A stretch of 64,000 bases of DNA from positions 32,001 through 96,000 of the forward strand of contig CAVVKN010000022.1 of the NCBI GenBank assembly GCA_963748825.1, written 5' to 3'. This DNA is from Methanotrichaceae archaeon (GTDB lineage Archaea; Halobacteriota; Methanosarcinia; Methanotrichales; Methanotrichaceae). Numbering within the stretch: the stretch's first letter is position 1; each line of letters starts with the position of its first letter. Below the pieces are notes generated by a model. That model was not told the DNA's origin. It saw only the letters and a list, made by a program, of their open reading frames with translations, and did not search any database. A program made the translations under genes and the position numbers. Below, in pieces: positions 50,139 to 61,034 of the stretch.

Positions 50139-51242
50139 ATGGCAACCATCGAGGAACAGATCAAGGCGCTGGAAGAGGAGATCTTTAACACTCAGAAGAA
50201 CAAGGCTACTGAGCACCATCTGGGCAAGATCAAGGCCAAGATAGCGAAGCTAAAGGCGCAGCAAGAGCTTCAGAAGATCAAGGGCGGCGGCGGGGGCAGA
50301 AGATACTACATCAAGAAGTCGGGAGATGCAACTGTGGCCCTGGTGGGCTTTCCATCGGTTGGAAAGTCAAGTCTGCTCAACCACCTGACCGCTTCCAAAT
50401 CAGAGGTTGCCGCATACCAATTTACTACCCTGGAGGTCATTCCGGGGGTCATGAAATACAAAGGCGCTGAGATCCAGATACTTGATATGCCCGGCATCAT
50501 CAAAGGAGCCGCCAAGGGCAAGGGCCGGGGCCGAGAGGTCATAACGGCAGCTCGCGCCGCGGATATAATATTACTATTGGGTGACGTCTTCAACTACAAG
50601 CTGAATATTTTGGAGCGCGAGCTTTACGATGCGGGAATCCGGCTTGACAAACAACCCCCCAATATTCACATCACACAGGATAAAAAGGGCGGCATAATCA
50701 TACGCAGCACTGTGCCGCTCACCCACATGACGGAGTTTGAGGTCGCAGATATCATTCGCGCCTACGGAATTGTCAATGCCAATGTCACTATCCGCGAAGA
50801 CATAGATACCGACAGCCTGGTGGATTTTCTGGCAGGAAACAGGGTTTACATCCCTTCCGTGGTGGCCATAAATAAGTTCGACCTTCGATTCGGAGACGTA
50901 GAGAACAAGATCAAAGAGGAGCTTAACAGGGACTATCTGCCACTTTCTTGCGCCACCACCCAGGGCCTGGAGGAGATGAAGGAACTTATTTACGATCGGC
51001 TTGGCTTCATTCGCGTCTACCTCAAGCCGAAAGGGGGCAAAGCAGACCTGGAAGAGCCGTTGGTCCTCCTGGACGGAAGCAGCGTCAGATCGGTTTGCGA
51101 GCATCTTCATCGCGACTTTGTGAATCTCTTCCGCTATGCTCTGGTCTGGGGCAAGAGCGCCAAGTTCCCCGGTCAATCGGTGGGGCTGGACCATGAGCTC
51201 AGGGACAGCGATATACTCTCCATAATTACCAAGAGAAGGTAG
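50139..51242 (+). CDS. DRG/OBG-family GTP-binding protein with TGS domain
   Basis: NKATEHH, GFPSVGKS, FTTL, DMPG, NKFD and VWGKSAKFPGQ motifs. Confidence 0.96.
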   Translation: MATIEEQIKALEEEIFNTQKNKATEHHLGKIKAKIAKLKAQQELQKIKGGGGGRRYYIKKSGDATVALVGFPSVGKSSLLNHLTASKSEVAAYQFTTLEVIPGVMKYKGAEIQILDMPGIIKGAAKGKGRGREVITAARAADIILLLGDVFNYKLNILERELYDAGIRLDKQPPNIHITQDKKGGIIIRSTVPLTHMTEFEVADIIRAYGIVNANVTIREDIDTDSLVDFLAGNRVYIPSVVAINKFDLRFGDVENKIKEELNRDYLPLSCATTQGLEEMKELIYDRLGFIRVYLKPKGGKADLEEPLVLLDGSSVRSVCEHLHRDFVNLFRYALVWGKSAKFPGQSVGLDHELRDSDILSIITKRR

Positions 51243-51354
51243 GAAAACGAGGAAGAATAAACAGCAAAGTACAAAATGAAGCCTCAGGAGAAATAACATT
51301 TTGCTCTAACCGTTAAGTATATAAGCTGAGCGGTTCTTTACGTGATGCTGGACT

Positions 51355-51435
51355 CGTCGATTCAAATAGATTTGTTGAGATGTTTCCAGGAGCAGTTTCG
51401 ATTCTTTGAATCGATTCAAAAGGTAAGTGGATTAA
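51355..51435 (+). promoter_or_regulatory. Conserved structured 5' leader, copy 2
   Basis: TATATAA at about 51318; contains the perfect palindrome TTTGAATCGATTCAAA. Confidence 0.6.
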
Positions 51436-51633
51436 ATGTTTGAGAGAAAATATGAAAACAGCGGTAGCAGCAGAAGTGGCTACAATAGCGGTCCTAGAGA
51501 AATGACAGATGTTACTTGTTCTGAATGCGGTAAACAAACACAGGTGCCCTTCAAGCCGGATGGGTCCAGGCCGGTATACTGCAGCGAATGCTACCAGAAG
51601 CATAGACCTGCCCGATCGCCCGGTAGATACTAA
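51436..51633 (+). CDS. CxxC-x17-CxxC zinc-ribbon protein, copy 2
   Basis: Nearly identical to 20196-20399. Confidence 0.92.
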   Translation: MFERKYENSGSSRSGYNSGPREMTDVTCSECGKQTQVPFKPDGSRPVYCSECYQKHRPARSPGRY

Positions 51634-51823
51634 ACCTTCAATATTTCTTAATGATCTATTTATAAGAGGGCAGCATCCGTCGATAGCCGGAACCTTGAAC
51701 GAAGGCAAAATGCTTCACGCCCTCGCGATTTTTTGCTCTGATGGACGAAATAATGAATGTTGAACGGGTTATAAATAATGATAATCGAGATAAATTTGAA
51801 ATCTGGTGTGGGGTAGAATCGAA

Positions 51824-52153
51824 ATGAAACAACCTGAAAGGCAAGACATAGCGAAGTTTGACGGCATAATCTCTGAGCTAGGAAGAAGAGGGATAGTTGT
51901 GCTGATGCATCGTCCCACTCGCTGGGGTTATGTCGTGGACGCGGTCATTCCTTCAATCAAGATCGTCATTCTAAAGATGCCGGATCTGACTAAACAGGTC
52001 AAAGTGGCCATGAGCCAGTTTCGGGATCTGATTAACAGGCTTGAGAGCGATGGATATCAAGTCATGGTCATTCCCAAGAACAGCATGGATGAGGCACAGG
52101 TCAAAGCCTTCTGCGATCGTATCGCTGCTGAGCCAGCTCTAGCTTCAGCCTGA
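51824..52153 (+). CDS. Hypothetical protein, weak DUF559/endonuclease-like pattern
   Basis: GYVVD......KIVI and LE..GY.V patterns. Confidence 0.6.
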   Translation: MKQPERQDIAKFDGIISELGRRGIVVLMHRPTRWGYVVDAVIPSIKIVILKMPDLTKQVKVAMSQFRDLINRLESDGYQVMVIPKNSMDEAQVKAFCDRIAAEPALASA

Positions 52154-52205
52154 TTTTTTCTTATTTTGTCCGATTTGTGCTGCTGATGCATTCTTAATTC
52201 GCAGC

Positions 52206-52667
52206 TTACTTAGAGGCGGGTTTGGCCGTCTCCTTGCGTAGCTCCAGCAGCTCCTGGTAGATTATCTGAAGCGCCTTATCCTGGGCAGCCAGGTTTTCTA
52301 GCACGGCACGGCTCTCCTCTTCTGCCCGGAGGTTCATGAGGTAATCATTATGAGCCTTGAGTTTATCCTGGCGGTTTTGACTCATCATAATCAGAGATGC
52401 TGTGTAGGCAGACTGCAAAGAGAAGATCAGATTCATGAAGATGAAAGGATAAGGATCCCAGGCGCGAATGTAAGCAGTAGCATTGAGGATTACCCAAACG
52501 ACCACCAGAATCGATTGTATCAGTATGAACCGCCATGAGCCTATGTTTTTGTACACCCAATCGGCAAATTTCTCCCCCTGGGTCGTTGGACCGGTATCAA
52601 TCTCGCTGAGCTCGCGCACAGGGGCGTGATTGTGCTCAAATGGCTTAGGAAAGTTCAGTCTCTTCAA
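52206..52667 (-). CDS. DUF1003 membrane protein
   Basis: GSW.FI, WDPYPFI.MNL and IMMSQNRQ motifs. Confidence 0.92.
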   Translation of the reverse strand: MKRLNFPKPFEHNHAPVRELSEIDTGPTTQGEKFADWVYKNIGSWRFILIQSILVVVWVILNATAYIRAWDPYPFIFMNLIFSLQSAYTASLIMMSQNRQDKLKAHNDYLMNLRAEEESRAVLENLAAQDKALQIIYQELLELRKETAKPASK

Positions 52668-52719
52668 TGGTGGGCCTCCGCAGGGCCTCTATATTGCCAA
52701 ATAGTTTTATAGGCATTGC

Positions 52720-54096
52720 CTAGAGGTTTACCTCCTGCCGATCTTCCGATAGGTTGATCGACAAAACGGCGGCCATGGTGCTGTTTGCTTCTCCCTGCCC
52801 CATCATCTCCAGCTTCACTCGATCTCCCTCTGCCACCCAGGGAGCAGTGCGATCGGCCAGATAATCCAGAAAGTTTGCATCCAGGCTGTAAAAACCGTTC
52901 GAAGCGACATTGGTCATCTTCTGCTGACCTGTCCTCTCATTTCGAGCAACGATTGTGATATTGGAGGATGTTGAATTGTTGGTGCTGGTGTTGATCCTGC
53001 CGAAGATGGGATGAAGCCTTGGCACTGTAAATCCGGAAAAGCCTTGCTCCTGGAAGGAGAACTTCTCGCCAGACTTTGATTTAAGTGTCCCCTGCAAAAT
53101 AGAGACCTGCTGGAAGATGAGAACGCTGGGCAATGGAGGCCGGTAGTCGAGAGTTGTTGCAGCGCTCTTTTGCACATCAACCGCCAGATCCAGGGTGTAG
53201 TCTCCGTTATCTGCCTCTACATTATAGGCGTCAGGAAAGATTCCTGCCGTCATATTGTCAAATGAGTAATTTGAATTTGAATAATTCAGTTTGATCTGCT
53301 TATCTGAGAAGACGATTCTCTTGCCGTCTTTCTCTACTCCTAAAAATGCCACTCTTTGCTCACCCAATATCTCGGCGAATGCCAGGCTGAATCCGTCCAG
53401 GGGAACAGAAACAGAGGCCCTGGTGATTTGAGGATCGCTTAGGGCAAAGCGGCCCCAGGCATGCTCGTGATAGCCTATGCCCTGCAGGCTTCTTGTCCTG
53501 TTGCCGATGGTAAGAGTGCCGGTTACCTGAGCAGAGGGCATGTAAACCAACCACTTAATCCAATCACCCTTGAGGTGGCCGATATGCACCTGAACCGGGA
53601 CGGCAAACCAGGGGCGGGCCGTGGGCTGATAAACCAGATCCCAGCGGATAGGATCACCTGTGGCACTGTCCTCGACCTCACCCCAGACGCGCAGGTTCGG
53701 CTCTTCCTCTGTGGAAAAGCCGCTCTTGTCGATGTCAAACATGGGGGAGTTTCTGTCACCTCCATAACCGCGGCTGTGGTGTTTGCCCATGGCATGAGGC
53801 TGGCCATCCTGCATGGCCACAGCCTGCACCAGAATCTTTCTTTCAGAGGAAATATTATCCGGATCGCTGAGGAGGTAGACTACCTGGAACTGAGTGTCAT
53901 TATCCGCTACATCGAAGTACCACCACTCATTGTAGAGCTGGTCATCCACGCCGTTGGCCATATAGTGGTAGGCATCGTCCTTGGGAGAGGCATCGACCGC
54001 CCACCCATTGCCCGATAAAAAAAAGAATGCGACGATTGCTATCATCGTTAATTGCATAAGTCTCCTCTGGATCATTATATCATAATTGATTATCAT
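52720..54096 (-). CDS. Secreted AttH/CrtC/tocopherol-cyclase-like protein; start uncertain
   Basis: NEWWYFD and G.GYHEHAWG motifs; signal peptide. Confidence 0.7.
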   Translation of the reverse strand: MIINYDIMIQRRLMQLTMIAIVAFFFLSGNGWAVDASPKDDAYHYMANGVDDQLYNEWWYFDVADNDTQFQVVYLLSDPDNISSERKILVQAVAMQDGQPHAMGKHHSRGYGGDRNSPMFDIDKSGFSTEEEPNLRVWGEVEDSATGDPIRWDLVYQPTARPWFAVPVQVHIGHLKGDWIKWLVYMPSAQVTGTLTIGNRTRSLQGIGYHEHAWGRFALSDPQITRASVSVPLDGFSLAFAEILGEQRVAFLGVEKDGKRIVFSDKQIKLNYSNSNYSFDNMTAGIFPDAYNVEADNGDYTLDLAVDVQKSAATTLDYRPPLPSVLIFQQVSILQGTLKSKSGEKFSFQEQGFSGFTVPRLHPIFGRINTSTNNSTSSNITIVARNERTGQQKMTNVASNGFYSLDANFLDYLADRTAPWVAEGDRVKLEMMGQGEANSTMAAVLSINLSEDRQEVNL

Positions 54097-54382
54097 CCCA
54101 AATATAGCTATCCTTTCATCTTTTGCTCTTCAGGGTCTTTTGCATGGATCGCGCCGAAGTCCCATAGCAGGCCTACTCCATCACACCGCCGAAGGCCCCC
54201 GCAGATGAGAACGTGGCCCTGCGAATCAATGAGCCGGCCCAGCCCAGTGGACAATTTTCCGCACATCAGGGCTGCAAATCTCCCGACCACAATTGCAATT
54301 CGCATTGCCTTCCGCAAAAGCTAGACTGAAATAATAGTATCGGCTAAACAGTGAACTGCATTAGAGCAGAAGGAAGAGATGA

Positions 54383-54874
54383 ATGGACAAGAGATCAGTT
54401 CTAAGAGCGTTTTTCCGGTTTGTCAATCGATTTATCGTTGTCCCGGCATTTCGGAGAGGCTGGGGACGGATCATCTCCAATTCCCTCACAGGAGATATTA
54501 TGGTGCTGAGGATAGCGGGCAGAAAGACGGGAAAGATTCTCTATACTCCGGTGAGCTATGCCCGGATCGGGCCGAACATCTACTGCTATCAGGGAAAAGA
54601 GACGAAAGGACAGTGGTATCTGAACCTTCTGGCCAATCCAGAGGTTGAGGTTCTGCTGCCCACCGGTCGCTTTTCCGGGCGCGGGGAAGAGGTCAGTGAC
54701 ACTACAGAGAAGCTACAGGCGATAAGGCAGATCCTGTTGGGCAGCGGCCTAAATCGCTCCATGTACGGATTCGATCCAAAGGCAGCAACGGATGAGGTAG
54801 TGCGGGAGAGGATCGGAGACACCCCCGTGGTCCGGATTAGGCTCGATTCGATGAAACCCGGATCCTTAAGCTAG
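54383..54874 (+). CDS. Deazaflavin (F420H2)-dependent oxidoreductase, Ddn/DUF385 family
   Basis: GRKTGK...TPV and WYLNL.ANP.VEV motifs. Confidence 0.85.
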   Translation: MDKRSVLRAFFRFVNRFIVVPAFRRGWGRIISNSLTGDIMVLRIAGRKTGKILYTPVSYARIGPNIYCYQGKETKGQWYLNLLANPEVEVLLPTGRFSGRGEEVSDTTEKLQAIRQILLGSGLNRSMYGFDPKAATDEVVRERIGDTPVVRIRLDSMKPGSLS

Positions 54875-55114
54875 GCATAGACGAGAGGGATACTGCCTTT
54901 CCTCGATCATGCGGTTCCTCTTCGTATCGAATGGGTAATGGAGCAATTGAGTCCTCTGTGAGTCCTCCGTTAGCTTCTCGTGTCTTTTCGTGGTAGGTTG
55001 TTCGTTACCATTTGGTTATGACCAGTGCTAACGACGTTTCAACCATATCTTTGCTCGATGCAGAATGTTAACCGAATGCGAAAGCTATAACATTCTCCCT
55101 TCCAGAGTTAAATT

Positions 55115-56008
55115 GTGGACTGGCTTTTCCTATCTCTCGTGGGCGCAGCTGCTCTCGCCGTTACCGGAGTAATCGACAAGTTCATCCTGGGCAGGTATGT
55201 GCGAGATCCTCTGGCCTACCTGGCAGCCCTGGTGGTAATGCAGCAGATCCTCATCGTGGCCATCCCGGCCTATTTGGGATGGGGATTTGTCTACCCCCAG
55301 ACTCTTTATGCCCTGGCGACAGGCGGCTGCCAGGTGGTCCTCTGGGCCGCGTACCTGTTTGCCCTTCAGGTGGAGGAGACCAGCAGGGTGGCGGCCTTAG
55401 TTTACGTCTTTCCCGTCTTCGTCTTTTTGGGGGCATATCTCTTTTTGGGGGAGACTCTTGCTGCCAAAGATTATGCAGGAGGCGTCCTGCTAGTCTGCAG
55501 CGCCTTATTGATATCTTACCGGCCGACGCAAGGGGGCAGGCCTGCCGTCATCTCCCCGGCTCTAAAGTACATGGCCGTCTTCTGGGTATTTACTGCCGCC
55601 TATGCCCTGGCCGCCAAATACCTTCTCGCCTTCATGAATGAATGGCATCTGATCCTCTGGTCATCTCTGGGCAGCATGCTGGCGGTCTTGCCGTTCTTGG
55701 GGCGTGAGTCGGTCCGAAATGAGTTTGCCGCATATTTCCGTGGTGGCCCGTTTCTGCTCTCAGCTCTCCTGGCCGATGAGGTTTTCGACTTCCTGGGCCG
55801 AGGGGCCTTCATCTTTGCCTATGCGCTTGGTTCCGTAGCCCTGGTCTCCAGCGTGGCTGCTTTGCAGCCTTTCATTACCCTGGTCTATGTCATCCTCCTG
55901 GGGCTGTTTGTTCCGGGAATTCTACAAGAAGAGCTGGATAGAAAAACGATGGCTTTGAAGACTGTCGCTATTCTCCTGATAGTAGTAGGTGTCTATCTGG
56001 TTTCTTGA
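55115..56008 (+). CDS. EamA/DMT-family transporter
   Basis: About 10 TM helices; FLGE.L and duplicated EamA pattern. Confidence 0.88.
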   Translation: MDWLFLSLVGAAALAVTGVIDKFILGRYVRDPLAYLAALVVMQQILIVAIPAYLGWGFVYPQTLYALATGGCQVVLWAAYLFALQVEETSRVAALVYVFPVFVFLGAYLFLGETLAAKDYAGGVLLVCSALLISYRPTQGGRPAVISPALKYMAVFWVFTAAYALAAKYLLAFMNEWHLILWSSLGSMLAVLPFLGRESVRNEFAAYFRGGPFLLSALLADEVFDFLGRGAFIFAYALGSVALVSSVAALQPFITLVYVILLGLFVPGILQEELDRKTMALKTVAILLIVVGVYLVS

Positions 56009-56012
56009 TTTG

Positions 56013-56340
56013 TTAGAGCTTCAATGGCAAGAAGAAGAATGCCAGCCCCAGGATACCGTATACAGCGAGCAACATCGCCCCCTCCAGCCAGTTGGACTCT
56101 CCGTCCAGAGAGACCAGGGCCGAGATCATGGACGCTGCCGTGAGTGCGATCAGCTCCAGCTGATTGAACTGCAATTGAGAGGCTGGGGTCCATCTTATTC
56201 TGCCTGGCTGCCTGAACGGAGGCCAGGTGCTCGGCCACATTACCAATGATAGGAACGATGATTATTCCTACGAAAAAGGGCGTGAGGCCCAGAACAGCCG
56301 TGACCGCTTCCACCGATGCCACTAAGAGCTCGCTCATCGG
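56013..56340 (-). pseudogene. Ca2+/H+ antiporter (CAX/ChaA) 3' fragment
   Basis: [17 protein letters not shown] and [12 protein letters not shown] across two frames; N-terminal half absent. Confidence 0.85.
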
Positions 56341-56565
56341 GTCGGCCTCACTTTAGCAACTGAACATTTAACATTAGATTTTATTTATCCTTTAAAAAGC
56401 TCGCGAAGAGAAATCCAACTCATCCTGAGGTCAAGTCATGAACAGAGCAGGCAAAACAGATGCCAAGGATGATACTGTATTAGCTGCATCAAATCTAAAG
56501 AGAGTTGATCGATTATTGGCATAAATATTTAAGTATGAAACGGAATAACCATAATGGGTTATAAA

Positions 56566-56694
56566 ATGAAAGTTACCTATACAGATAAGAGTGGGAAAAA
56601 GATAGAACAGGCTTTTAGCACTGAGGATGAAGGCAAGAAGCTGAAGGAGAAGCTCAAAGGTCAAGGTGTTACTGACGCAAAATGGGAATGGTAA
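56566..56694 (+). CDS. 42-aa small protein, missed by the ORF track
   Basis: MKVTYTDKSGKKIEQAFSTEDEGKKLKEKLKGQGVTDAKWEW, with upstream ATTTAAGTA and downstream T-tracts. Confidence 0.7.
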   Translation: MKVTYTDKSGKKIEQAFSTEDEGKKLKEKLKGQGVTDAKWEW

Positions 56695-56992
56695 ATCGAA
56701 ATCAACCCTTTAGGACGCTGCAAAGCTGACCATTCACTTTTTTGCCTGCGTTTTAATAGCCTCTATGCCTTTTGTTGCGAAATCTGCTTGGTGATCAAGC
56801 TTCTTTGGCTTCGTCTTTGCATAAGGAAGTGCAGCAAGTACAGTTTCATTACTCTTGATCCCGACCGGAAATTCGTCCTCCTATCCGCGAGCAAAAATAG
56901 AAGTATAGACGGCTAAAAGCGCTAAAGTCATTTCCTAAGACTTCATTAGACCATCCCGTTTTCATCGAGCAAGTTATGATATATTATGAAGG

Positions 56993-57511
56993 TCAAATTT
57001 TTAGTTCGCATATGTCACCACAATTCTTGCATAGAACTTCAATTTTTTTAATATTTGTTAAATCGGGCAAAGCTCGCGTCACAGCACTTAGACTCGGTTT
57101 ATTCGTGTTCTTGCTGCCTATCTGCTTGTTTCGTCCTCTTCGCATATTTTGGTAAGCGATCTCTGGGTCCAATCTGTATTTCTCTATATAGCGTTCCCAT
57201 GATAGGTATTCTCCGAAAGCAGAAACATATATTGGATCGCCTACAACTGGTGTGATCTTTCCTGACGGTAGAGTCCATTCAAAACCTTCTGGTGGTAAGC
57301 ATAGCCATTCATGGTCTCCAGGATCAGGATCGTTAAAATCAAAGAATAGAGTGTTAAGTGCACCACAATGGCTGCAGGTAAATGTGTATTCGCAGATAGT
57401 ATTCGCCCCGGTTGATTCGAGATCCAATTCGTTTGATTCTTGACATTGGTGGCATTTAGCACTAATTTCTATTCCCATGTTTATCATCCCCTTGGAAGGG
57501 TTTATGTCCAT
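56993..57511 (-). CDS. Zinc-ribbon-containing hypothetical protein
   Basis: CHQC, CSHC and CKNC motifs. Confidence 0.62.
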   Translation of the reverse strand: MDINPSKGMINMGIEISAKCHQCQESNELDLESTGANTICEYTFTCSHCGALNTLFFDFNDPDPGDHEWLCLPPEGFEWTLPSGKITPVVGDPIYVSAFGEYLSWERYIEKYRLDPEIAYQNMRRGRNKQIGSKNTNKPSLSAVTRALPDLTNIKKIEVLCKNCGDICELKI

Positions 57512-57778
57512 GACAGTATAAATAATTATTGTTTATTTAGGCTGCACATAGATCCAAAATACGACGAAATATTTTTGAGATGGAATATCATGTGGATTTC
57601 TGATTCTTACTACAAGGGGTGCGTGGAGCTATGGGGAAGAGAAAGAGGATTGACAAGGTGGGCGCAGCCCAAGAAAGACTGTTGGGAGATCGTTACAAGT
57701 TTTTCCTCTCAAACCATAATCAGAGGATAAACTTTAAGATTGTTTGTGTGATACTATATCAAGGCGGAGGTTAGTGGA

Positions 57779-58351
57779 ATGAGATTAGCAAGCATAATGT
57801 TATCAGCTATATTGCTTTCATGTTTATCTATTCAAGCCCATGCTATTGATGCAGGTGTCATCGCAGTGCCAAGCATGAACGTGCCAAATATGGACATGCC
57901 AGATCCAAACCCCAAGCCGCTAGTCAAGCCAAACGACAATCCTACCCAAGTCCTCAGCCAAACCGATAGCATGAGTCCTAATCAAACACAGGTGGCTCAA
58001 ATGCAGCAAGTGGGCGGGCCAATGGACGTGAGCGGCAAATGGTCGATAAGACTCAATGATAGAACAGGCACCTCACTTAGCTTGACCCTATGGTCGTCCG
58101 GTGGAACCAAAATTATGGGTTATGGCACTCTGATAGAGAAGGGCACAGAGAACCCTTTAACTGCCAGAGGATCTGTAACTGCGCAGGAACTCACATTGAC
58201 AGCTATGTTGGCTGCACCCGAATACGCCAACCAGAAATTTGATGAGTGCTATTTCGACTTGTTTATGTTAAACAATACTCTGTCGGGAACTTATGTCCTG
58301 TCGGGTGGGCTGTCCCCAGGCAAGGGAAATGCCACGGCAATGAAGCTGTAG
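57779..58351 (+). CDS. Secreted hypothetical protein
   Basis: GGAGG RBS, signal peptide, Pro/Asn linker and a DVSGKWS beta domain. Confidence 0.72.
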   Translation: MRLASIMLSAILLSCLSIQAHAIDAGVIAVPSMNVPNMDMPDPNPKPLVKPNDNPTQVLSQTDSMSPNQTQVAQMQQVGGPMDVSGKWSIRLNDRTGTSLSLTLWSSGGTKIMGYGTLIEKGTENPLTARGSVTAQELTLTAMLAAPEYANQKFDECYFDLFMLNNTLSGTYVLSGGLSPGKGNATAMKL

Positions 58352-58908
58352 GCAGCGCAGGCATATCAGAAACGTGGATTGCCTCTTGCTCCTGACATGG
58401 AGTGATCTGCCAGCTCTTCAGCATTTTTTATGCGTGTAAATGTGTAAACCGTCCCACTCTAAAGTCCTTAAGCCTCTTTGATAATGCCTGTGGCAATATC
58501 ACCTTCTGATTTCGGTACGAATCGATTTTCTCACAGGGACTTTCACAGCGGCTGACATGATAATCTCTTCGCCTGTTTAGGCTGTGAGGATTGCGAAAGA
58601 TGCGTTTCCTCCATTTAGATCCCTGTGCTGATGGCCAGGCATCCATGGCCTTGGCGAGGATGCCGTTTGCCAAAGATCTGCGGTTCCGGATACTGGGTGC
58701 CGGATAGAGGTTCGAGGCAGTGCCTCCCGGCTAATCTGCCTGCTTAATCCGGACAACCTGCACATTCATTTCCTGCAATTTCCCCCCCGTGATCCTCTCT
58801 GCCCAGCCACTCCTCCTGCCCATCCACCAGGGCAATCCCGCTAAAAAAAACCATATGCAGAAAACTATAAAGTGTAAGAACGAATAATAGTATTAAGGTG
58901 AATCAAGA

Positions 58909-59232
58909 ATGAAAGAAGAAATTTTCTTTGGCGAAGGAATGGCCAAGACCAAGATTGAATATCCCGACCTCTACAAAGCCATTGTCGGACTAAACGAGGC
59001 CATCTACACCGGCAAAGCCCTGGACTACAAGGCCCAGAAGCTGATTGCCATCGGCATCAATGCCGCTGCCTCCGACGACCGGGCCACCAAGAAGCAGATG
59101 ATGAGCGGCATGAAGGAGCTTGGCATTACCAAGGACGAAATTGTTGATGTCCTGAGAGTGGTTCTGCTTACTTCCGGAATGCCTCCCTTCACCAAGGGCA
59201 TGAAGACTTTGTATGAAATACTGGGAAAATAA
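58909..59232 (+). CDS. Carboxymuconolactone decarboxylase (CMD/AhpD-like) family protein
   Basis: ALD.K..KLIAIG, G.TK.EI...L and SGMP motifs. Confidence 0.85.
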   Translation: MKEEIFFGEGMAKTKIEYPDLYKAIVGLNEAIYTGKALDYKAQKLIAIGINAAASDDRATKKQMMSGMKELGITKDEIVDVLRVVLLTSGMPPFTKGMKTLYEILGK

Positions 59233-59313
59233 AAATTTTTTTGGCTTTGATTCTTTTTTTTACAGAATACAACGAGGAACTCTTCATCATAAATTGCACT
59301 GGCCATAAGCCGG

Positions 59314-60864
59314 TCAATCCGATATCGCCTTCTTTCGCAGCAATCGGTTATAGGCTATGGCAAATCTGTGCGCCTCATCTCTGATCTCCTGCACATAGAG
59401 CGATGCCTTATCATTTCTCTTGATCTGCAGCGGCCCGTCTAAGCCCGGCACGTAGATCTCCTCCTCGCCCTTGGCCAGGGAGATGATGGGAATCTTCAGC
59501 CGCAACTCCCGCAGCTCTGCCAGCGCCGAGGAGAGCTGCCCCTTGCCCCCGTCGATGACAATGAGGTCAGGCAGCTCCTGCTTCTCCTCCTTGAGGCGGG
59601 AGTAGCGGCGGCGAACTATCTCAGCGATGGAGGCGAAATCATCCACGCCCTGCACGCTCTTGATTTTGAAGCGCCGGTAGTTGCTCTTGTCCGGCCTTCC
59701 CCCCCGAAACTGCACCATGGAGCCCACGGAAAAGGTGCCGGCCAGGTGGGAGATGTCGAAGCATTCGATGACCTGGGGAGTCTTGGGCAGGCGCAAAGCC
59801 TCCTGCAGGACCTGCATCTTCATTCTGTCGCCAAAAAAGCCGATCTCCACATTCTTTTTGGCCAGCTCCAAGAGCTCTTTCTTTTCCCCCTGCTTGGGGA
59901 CGGTGACATGCACCTTTTTGCCCTTGACGTGGGAGAGGAAATCCACCAATGACTCATCCAGCGGCTCTTCCAGTATCAGCTCCTCGGGCGGCTCTCGCTC
60001 CGAGTAGTACTGCACCAGGAACTCCTCCAGGAAGTTCTCGCTCTGGGCAAAAACGTAGTCCTCTTTTCCCTCCAGCGTTCCCCGGTAGACCTTGAAGAGC
60101 ATAAGAAAGACGCTGGAGCCGTCCACCTGATAGCTGAGAACATCCTGATCGTACTTGCGGCTTTTCTCAACCTGCTGCCTCTCCTGCAGGTGCTGCAAAG
60201 CTGCGATCTCATCGCGTAGCTCAATTGCCCGCTCGAACTCCTGCCGGGCGGAGAGCTGTGCCATCTCCTTCTGCAGAGATTCGACCAGCTCGCTTGTCTT
60301 GCCCCCCAGGGCCGAAGCTGCCCTTTTTACCCTGGCCTGGTAGTCTGCCTCTCCTATCTTGCCGAGACATGGGCCGGTGCAGTGGCCCAGATGGTAGCGA
60401 AGGCATGCGCGCTTGGGCAGCCTTTTGCAGGTGCGCAGGCCAAAGGTCTTGCGAAGGAGCTGATAGACAAATGTCCTCTCCCGAGCGGATGTGAAGGGGC
60501 CGAAGAACGAGCCCTTGCCAGCGGCCTTGCGGGAGATCCTGATGCGAGGGAATTTCTCTTCCGTGAGTTCTATGCAGGCATAACGGGAGGAGTCTTTGAG
60601 CTTGATGTTGTAGCGGGGCAGATGCTTCTTGATAAGAGTGTTTTCCAGGAGCAGCGCTTCGACCTCGGTATTGGTGACGATAAAGTCCACCGCCTTTGCT
60701 GCTGATACGAGAGCCTCCGTCCTGGGGCCGTGATCCTGCTTCTGGAAATAATTGCTCACTCGCTTCTTGAGATCTCGGGCTTTGCCTACGTAGATCACCT
60801 TGCCCTGGTCGTCTGCAAAGAGATAGCATCCGGGATTGTGAGGAAGAGAGTCCAGAGAGATCAT
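59314..60864 (-). CDS. uvrC: Excinuclease ABC subunit C
   Basis: PGCY..IYVGKA GIY-YIG, UVR domain, FDISH, IDGGKGQ and RDEAHRFA motifs. Confidence 0.97.
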   Translation of the reverse strand: MISLDSLPHNPGCYLFADDQGKVIYVGKARDLKKRVSNYFQKQDHGPRTEALVSAAKAVDFIVTNTEVEALLLENTLIKKHLPRYNIKLKDSSRYACIELTEEKFPRIRISRKAAGKGSFFGPFTSARERTFVYQLLRKTFGLRTCKRLPKRACLRYHLGHCTGPCLGKIGEADYQARVKRAASALGGKTSELVESLQKEMAQLSARQEFERAIELRDEIAALQHLQERQQVEKSRKYDQDVLSYQVDGSSVFLMLFKVYRGTLEGKEDYVFAQSENFLEEFLVQYYSEREPPEELILEEPLDESLVDFLSHVKGKKVHVTVPKQGEKKELLELAKKNVEIGFFGDRMKMQVLQEALRLPKTPQVIECFDISHLAGTFSVGSMVQFRGGRPDKSNYRRFKIKSVQGVDDFASIAEIVRRRYSRLKEEKQELPDLIVIDGGKGQLSSALAELRELRLKIPIISLAKGEEEIYVPGLDGPLQIKRNDKASLYVQEIRDEAHRFAIAYNRLLRKKAISD

Positions 60865-61034
60865 GCTTGGAAGATCACTATATTTTCAGGCTATTTTATT
60901 GTATCTCTAAAAATTCGTTAATGAATTGAATCATGTTGAAAAAATCCGTATCTGCAGAGCAATCGGCATTTCGCCAATGATGCAGAACCGGTCATTCTTG
61001 TCTCCCAATAGATCGCAAAAAATTGCTAACCGTC

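Noticed and set aside
58428-58765. Short minus-strand ORFs, possibly a decayed gene
   Set aside because: No motif that I can assign with confidence.
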